Source: Rhodospirillales bacterium
Lineage (GTDB): Bacteria; Pseudomonadota; Alphaproteobacteria; Rhodospirillales; CALINB01
Length of the DNA: 56,845 nucleotides
Direction: 5' to 3'
Assembly (NCBI GenBank): GCA_040904505.1
Contig: JBBDTH010000017.1
Location: 1 to 56,845 of the forward strand
The notes under the pieces are model-generated. The model saw only the letters and a list, made by a program, of their open reading frames with translations. It had not been told where the DNA came from and did no database searches. Below, piece after piece: positions 53,528 through 56,845 of this stretch (its first letter is position 1; each line of letters begins with the position of its first letter). A program made the translations under genes and the position numbers.

Positions 53528-55159
53528 TCACATATTCGGGTAGTTGGGGCCCCCGCCGCCTTCCGGCACCACCCATTCGATGTTCTGGGTGGGGTCCTTG
53601 ATGTCGCAGGTTTTGCAGTGAACGCAATTTTGCGCGTTGATCTGAAGGCGTTTGACGCCGGCCTCCTCGACGAATTCGTAGACCCCGGCCGGGCAGTAGC
53701 GCTGTTCCGGTCCGTCGTAATCCCGGAGATTGACCGCCACGGGAATGGACGACTCTTTCAGGGTCAAATGCACCGGCTGATTTTCCTCGTGGTTGGTATT
53801 GGAAATATACACGGAGGAAAGCTTGTCGAACGTGATCTTGCCGTCGGGCTTGGGATACTCGATCTTTCGGCACTCGGTGGCTTTCTTTAAGGAAGTATGA
53901 TCGTCGTGGTTGCGGAAGGTCCACGGCGCGCGGCCTCTGAACAAATATGTATCGATCGCCGAGTAGGCAAGCCCGGCAAACAGTCCTTTGTGAAAGGACG
54001 GGCGGATGTTGCGCACCTTGTACAGTTGATCCCAAACCCAGGACCGCTTCAGCGCTTCAGGATACGAGTCGAGCATTTGCCCGCCGGCCGCCAAGGCGTC
54101 GGCGGCGGCGTCGGCGGCCAGCATGGCCGACTTCATCGCGGTGTGCGAGCCCTTGACCTTGGGAACGTTCATGAACCCGGCGGAACAGCCGATTAGCGCG
54201 CCGCCCGGGAAAATCAGTTTCGGAATCGATTGAAAACCGCCTTCGTTGAGCGCGCGCGCGCCGTAGGAAATCCGGCGGCCGCCCTCGAACGTCGAGCGAA
54301 TCGCCGGGTGGGTCTTGAAGCGCTGCATTTCGTCGAACGGGCTGAGATACGGATTGTCGTAATCGAGGCCGATCACGAAGCCGACGGCGACCTGATTGTT
54401 TTCGAGATGATAGAGAAACGAGCCGCCGTAGGTGCGCCGGTCCATCGGCCAGCCGACCGTATGAGTGATCAGTCCCGGTTGATGCCGGGCGGGATCGACT
54501 TCCCAAAGCTCCTTGATGCCGATGCCGTAGGTTTGCGGATCGGCGTCCTCGCGCAAGCCGAAGCGTTCCATCAAGGTTTTGCCGAGCGAGCCCCGGCAGC
54601 CTTCGGCGAACAGCGTGAACTTGGCGTGCAGTTCGATGCCGGCGACGAAATTTTCCGTCGGTTGGCCGTCCTTGCCGACGCCCATGTCGCCGGTCGCGAC
54701 GCCCTTGACCGAGCCGTCGTCGTTGTACAGCACGTCGGCGGCGGCGAACCCGGGATAGATTTCGGCGCCGAGCTCCTCGGCCTGGGCGGCAAGCCAGCGG
54801 GTCAGGTTGCCGAGGCTGATCACGTAGTTGCCGTCGTTGTGCATTTGCGGCGGCGTCGGCAGCCGGAAAGCCTGCTTTTCGGTCAGGAACAGAAACCGGT
54901 CTTCCGTCGCGGGGGTATTGAGCGGCGCGCCTTTTTCCCGCCAGTCGGGGATCAGCTCGTTCAGGGCGATCGGGTCGATCACGGCGCCCGATAGGATATG
55001 CGCGCCGACCTCGCTGCCTTTTTCGACGACGCAGACGGTGATTTCCCGTTCTTTCTCCGCCGTGAGTTGACGCAGACGAATTGCCGCCGACAGTCCGGCG
55101 GGTCCGGCCCCAACGATCACGACGTCGAATTCCATTGCTTCCCGTGCTTCCCGTTCCAT
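53528..55159 (-). CDS. Electron-transfer flavoprotein:ubiquinone oxidoreductase
   Basis: 543 aa. FAD motif [16 protein letters not shown] and a C-terminal 4Fe-4S region CPAGVYE...[12 protein letters not shown]. The start may be 55135. Confidence 0.9.
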   Translation of the reverse strand: MEREAREAMEFDVVIVGAGPAGLSAAIRLRQLTAEKEREITVCVVEKGSEVGAHILSGAVIDPIALNELIPDWREKGAPLNTPATEDRFLFLTEKQAFRLPTPPQMHNDGNYVISLGNLTRWLAAQAEELGAEIYPGFAAADVLYNDDGSVKGVATGDMGVGKDGQPTENFVAGIELHAKFTLFAEGCRGSLGKTLMERFGLREDADPQTYGIGIKELWEVDPARHQPGLITHTVGWPMDRRTYGGSFLYHLENNQVAVGFVIGLDYDNPYLSPFDEMQRFKTHPAIRSTFEGGRRISYGARALNEGGFQSIPKLIFPGGALIGCSAGFMNVPKVKGSHTAMKSAMLAADAAADALAAGGQMLDSYPEALKRSWVWDQLYKVRNIRPSFHKGLFAGLAYSAIDTYLFRGRAPWTFRNHDDHTSLKKATECRKIEYPKPDGKITFDKLSSVYISNTNHEENQPVHLTLKESSIPVAVNLRDYDGPEQRYCPAGVYEFVEEAGVKRLQINAQNCVHCKTCDIKDPTQNIEWVVPEGGGGPNYPNM

Positions 55160-55331
55160 AACGATCCTTGAACCTGTTTTTTCACATATTCCACACGCCC
55201 GGCGTTATAGCATGAGCGATCCGGCGCCGCAGCACTATCTCCCGCTTTAATTTCGAACCCGCCTTGAATTTTAACGACCCGGAAGCGGGCATGCATCGTG
55301 ACTTTATCGATGGGCGTGCTACAGTCGCGGC

Positions 55332-56237
55332 ATGCCGAGCGAGCCCGTGCCTTTGGCGCCCCGCGCCCTGATGACCTGGTATCTCGAAGCCGGTGTCGAC
55401 GAGACCATCGGGGACGCGCCGGTCGACCGCTATGCCGCCGCTGCCCGGGCATTCGCGCCGCTTGAAGCCTCCGCCCGCCCGGCACCGGCCCAACCGGCAC
55501 CCGTCATGACGGACCGTCCGCAAGCATCCCTGACGCCAGGGCCCTTGATGCCAGAGGCGAACAAAGCGCTTCAACCGGCGGCGCTTGCCGGAAACGGCAA
55601 AAAAGACGGTTTACCGCCTGCCGGCGACGAGGCCGTGCAAAGCGCCTACACGTTGGCCGAGGCGGCGCAAAGCGTCGCGGCGTTACGGGCGGCGCTGGAA
55701 ACCTTCGACGGCTGCGCGCTTCAGAAAACGGCGACCAATCTGGTTTTTACCGACGGCAGCCCGGAGGGGCAGGTGGTTTTCGTCGGCGAGGCGCCGGGCG
55801 CGGAGGAGGACCGCCAGGGGGTGCCGTTCGTCGGACCCAGCGGCAAGCTCATCGATCGCATGCTCGAGTCCATCGGGCTCGACCGGACCCGGGTGTTGAT
55901 CACCAATACGATTTTTTGGCGTCCGCCGGGCAATCGCAGCCCGACCACGCAGGAGATCGCGATCTGCATGCCGTTTCTCGAGCGGCTGATCGAGCTGGTC
56001 GATCCGAAAGTCCTGGTCGCCGTCGGCGGCCCGGCCGCGTCGGCGTTGCTGGCCCAGCCCCAGGGCATCACGAAACTGCGGGGCCGTTGGTTCAGCTACG
56101 AAACATCGCGCATGGTGCGTCCGATCCCGGCGACGGCGATGTTTCACCCGGCGTATCTGTTGCGCTCGCCGGCGCAAAAACGCGACGTCTGGCGTGACAT
56201 GCTCGCGCTGCGCCGAAAACTCGACGAAGAATCGTAA
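55332..56237 (+). CDS. Uracil-DNA glycosylase, family 4, with N-terminal extension
   Basis: 301 aa. Motif A VGEAPGAEED, then FVGPSG, and motif B HPAYLLR. Confidence 0.85.
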   Translation: MPSEPVPLAPRALMTWYLEAGVDETIGDAPVDRYAAAARAFAPLEASARPAPAQPAPVMTDRPQASLTPGPLMPEANKALQPAALAGNGKKDGLPPAGDEAVQSAYTLAEAAQSVAALRAALETFDGCALQKTATNLVFTDGSPEGQVVFVGEAPGAEEDRQGVPFVGPSGKLIDRMLESIGLDRTRVLITNTIFWRPPGNRSPTTQEIAICMPFLERLIELVDPKVLVAVGGPAASALLAQPQGITKLRGRWFSYETSRMVRPIPATAMFHPAYLLRSPAQKRDVWRDMLALRRKLDEES

Positions 56238-56380
56238 CCCGGCCCTTAAGCATTCTGAAAGTCTTTGGAATCCATAATGGCCCTAAATATCGGCGTTTTC
56301 TTGAAAACCCTCGCAAAATGTGGGAGAAACGGCATTAAGGAGCGATTGTTCGGCCCTTTCTAATGGGTTATCCCTTTCGG

Positions 56381-56443
56381 GTGATTTATCCGGGTCTCCG
56401 AATGATTTATACAAACCTCCGGATGATTTATACAGGCCTCGGC
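56381..56443 (+). repeat. Three 21-bp direct repeats (gtgatttatccgggtctccga / atgatttatacaaacctccgg / atgatttatacaggcctcggc)
   Basis: The TGATTTAT cores start at 56382, 56403 and 56424, exactly 21 bp apart. A degenerate copy (atgggttatcc) lies at 56363-56373. Confidence 0.9.
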
Positions 56444-56472
56444 TCGAAGGAAATTTTCAGATTTTTTTAAAA

Positions 56473-56845
56473 ATGCATCGGACCCCCGCCGGCTTAGCCG
56501 CCGCATTCTCTCTTTGTCTTTTTGCCGGCGCTCTGAGCGTGGGCTCCCTGGCCGCGCGCGTCGCCCTGGCGGATGACGGCGCCGCGACCGCCGCTTCCGG
56601 CATTCATGTCGCGGTTCTCGACACGGCCGAGCCTCGGGACAGTATCGACATGCCCCGGGTTTTGAGCGATGCGGATATCGAGCGCTACGCCGCGATTTTT
56701 TCGATACAGGAGTCCGGCAATTGGAAAGCCGCCGATCGTCTGATCGCAAAACTCGGCGATAAAATTCTTTTGGGCCATGTGTTGGCTCAGCGCTACCTGC
56801 ATCCGACGAAATACCGGACCAAATATACCGAGTTGAAAGCGTGGC
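56473..56845 (+). CDS. Probable lytic transglycosylase (Slt-like) N-terminus, partial (runs off the right edge)
   Basis: Open frame from ATG 56473: MHRTPAGLAAAFSLCLFAGALSVGSLAARVALA (signal peptide), then ...LSDADIERYAAIFSIQESGNWKAADRLIAKLGDKILLGHVLAQRYLHPTKYRTKYTELKAW. This resembles the N-terminal helical region of alphaproteobacterial Slt-type proteins by eye. The catalytic domain is not in the window. Absent from the ORF track because no stop is reached. Confidence 0.5.
   Translation, partial: MHRTPAGLAAAFSLCLFAGALSVGSLAARVALADDGAATAASGIHVAVLDTAEPRDSIDMPRVLSDADIERYAAIFSIQESGNWKAADRLIAKLGDKILLGHVLAQRYLHPTKYRTKYTELKAW

Noticed and set aside
56277-56363. 28-codon ORF (MALNIGVFLKTLAKCGRNGIKERLFGPF) in the UDG/Slt-like spacer
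   Set aside because: It has no Shine-Dalgarno sequence, no recognisable family, is very short, and sits in a likely regulatory spacer. There is not enough evidence to call a gene.
56360-56443. Chromosomal replication origin (oriC) suggested by DnaA-box-like repeats
   Set aside because: The boxes match only 6-7 of 9 positions. There is no adjacent AT-rich unwinding element of suitable size, and no hemE, dnaA, parAB or other origin-linked genes nearby. It is kept only as a regulatory-site hypothesis.

Overview
Visibly GC-rich chromosomal DNA. Gene content and local synteny suggest an alphaproteobacterium, possibly Rhodospirillales-like: argD-argF, znuA/zur-znuC-znuB, a TPR lipoprotein next to ispE, ETF-QO, and a family-4 UDG with an N-terminal extension. 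This placement is inference only. I support about 50 protein-coding genes, one nonsense-interrupted MFS gene, two tRNAs (Gly-CCC, Gln-UUG) and several small repeats or operator-like sites. The left 34 kb and right 6 kb are mostly housekeeping, envelope and transport genes: gmd fragment, MlaF-like ATPase, cytochrome c, ADP-forming acyl-CoA synthetase, PagL-like deacylase, three tandem DMT transporters, otsB, arsC, MscS-family channel, recX, argD/F/E, the zinc uptake locus, trkH, folE, apaG and OmpA-family proteins. A 16.4-kb block between the two tRNAs holds accessory organic-acid metabolism genes: class III ADH, a CoA-transferase plus TPP enzyme pair, two tandem D-tartrate-dehydratase-like enolases, PhoD, and a five-gene array of PEP-mutase/ICL, amidohydrolase_2, MLE-type enolase, PrpD-family and MFS genes. 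This block has no regulator gene. It contains the pseudogene and two copies of a ~110-nt hairpin-rich MITE/REP-like element. I found no CRISPR array, integrase, transposase, phage, toxin-antitoxin or recognisable defence genes, so I cannot claim a clearly novel system. The leads most worth a second look are:
- the repeat-punctuated, regulator-less catabolic array;
- the cNMP-binding/TPR fusion protein;
- a 15-nt stop-codon-bearing motif recurring exactly at gene 3' ends;
- the duplicated TarD-like genes;
- phased 21-bp direct repeats near the right edge.
Many long alternative-frame ORFs in the track are GC-driven artefacts and were rejected.
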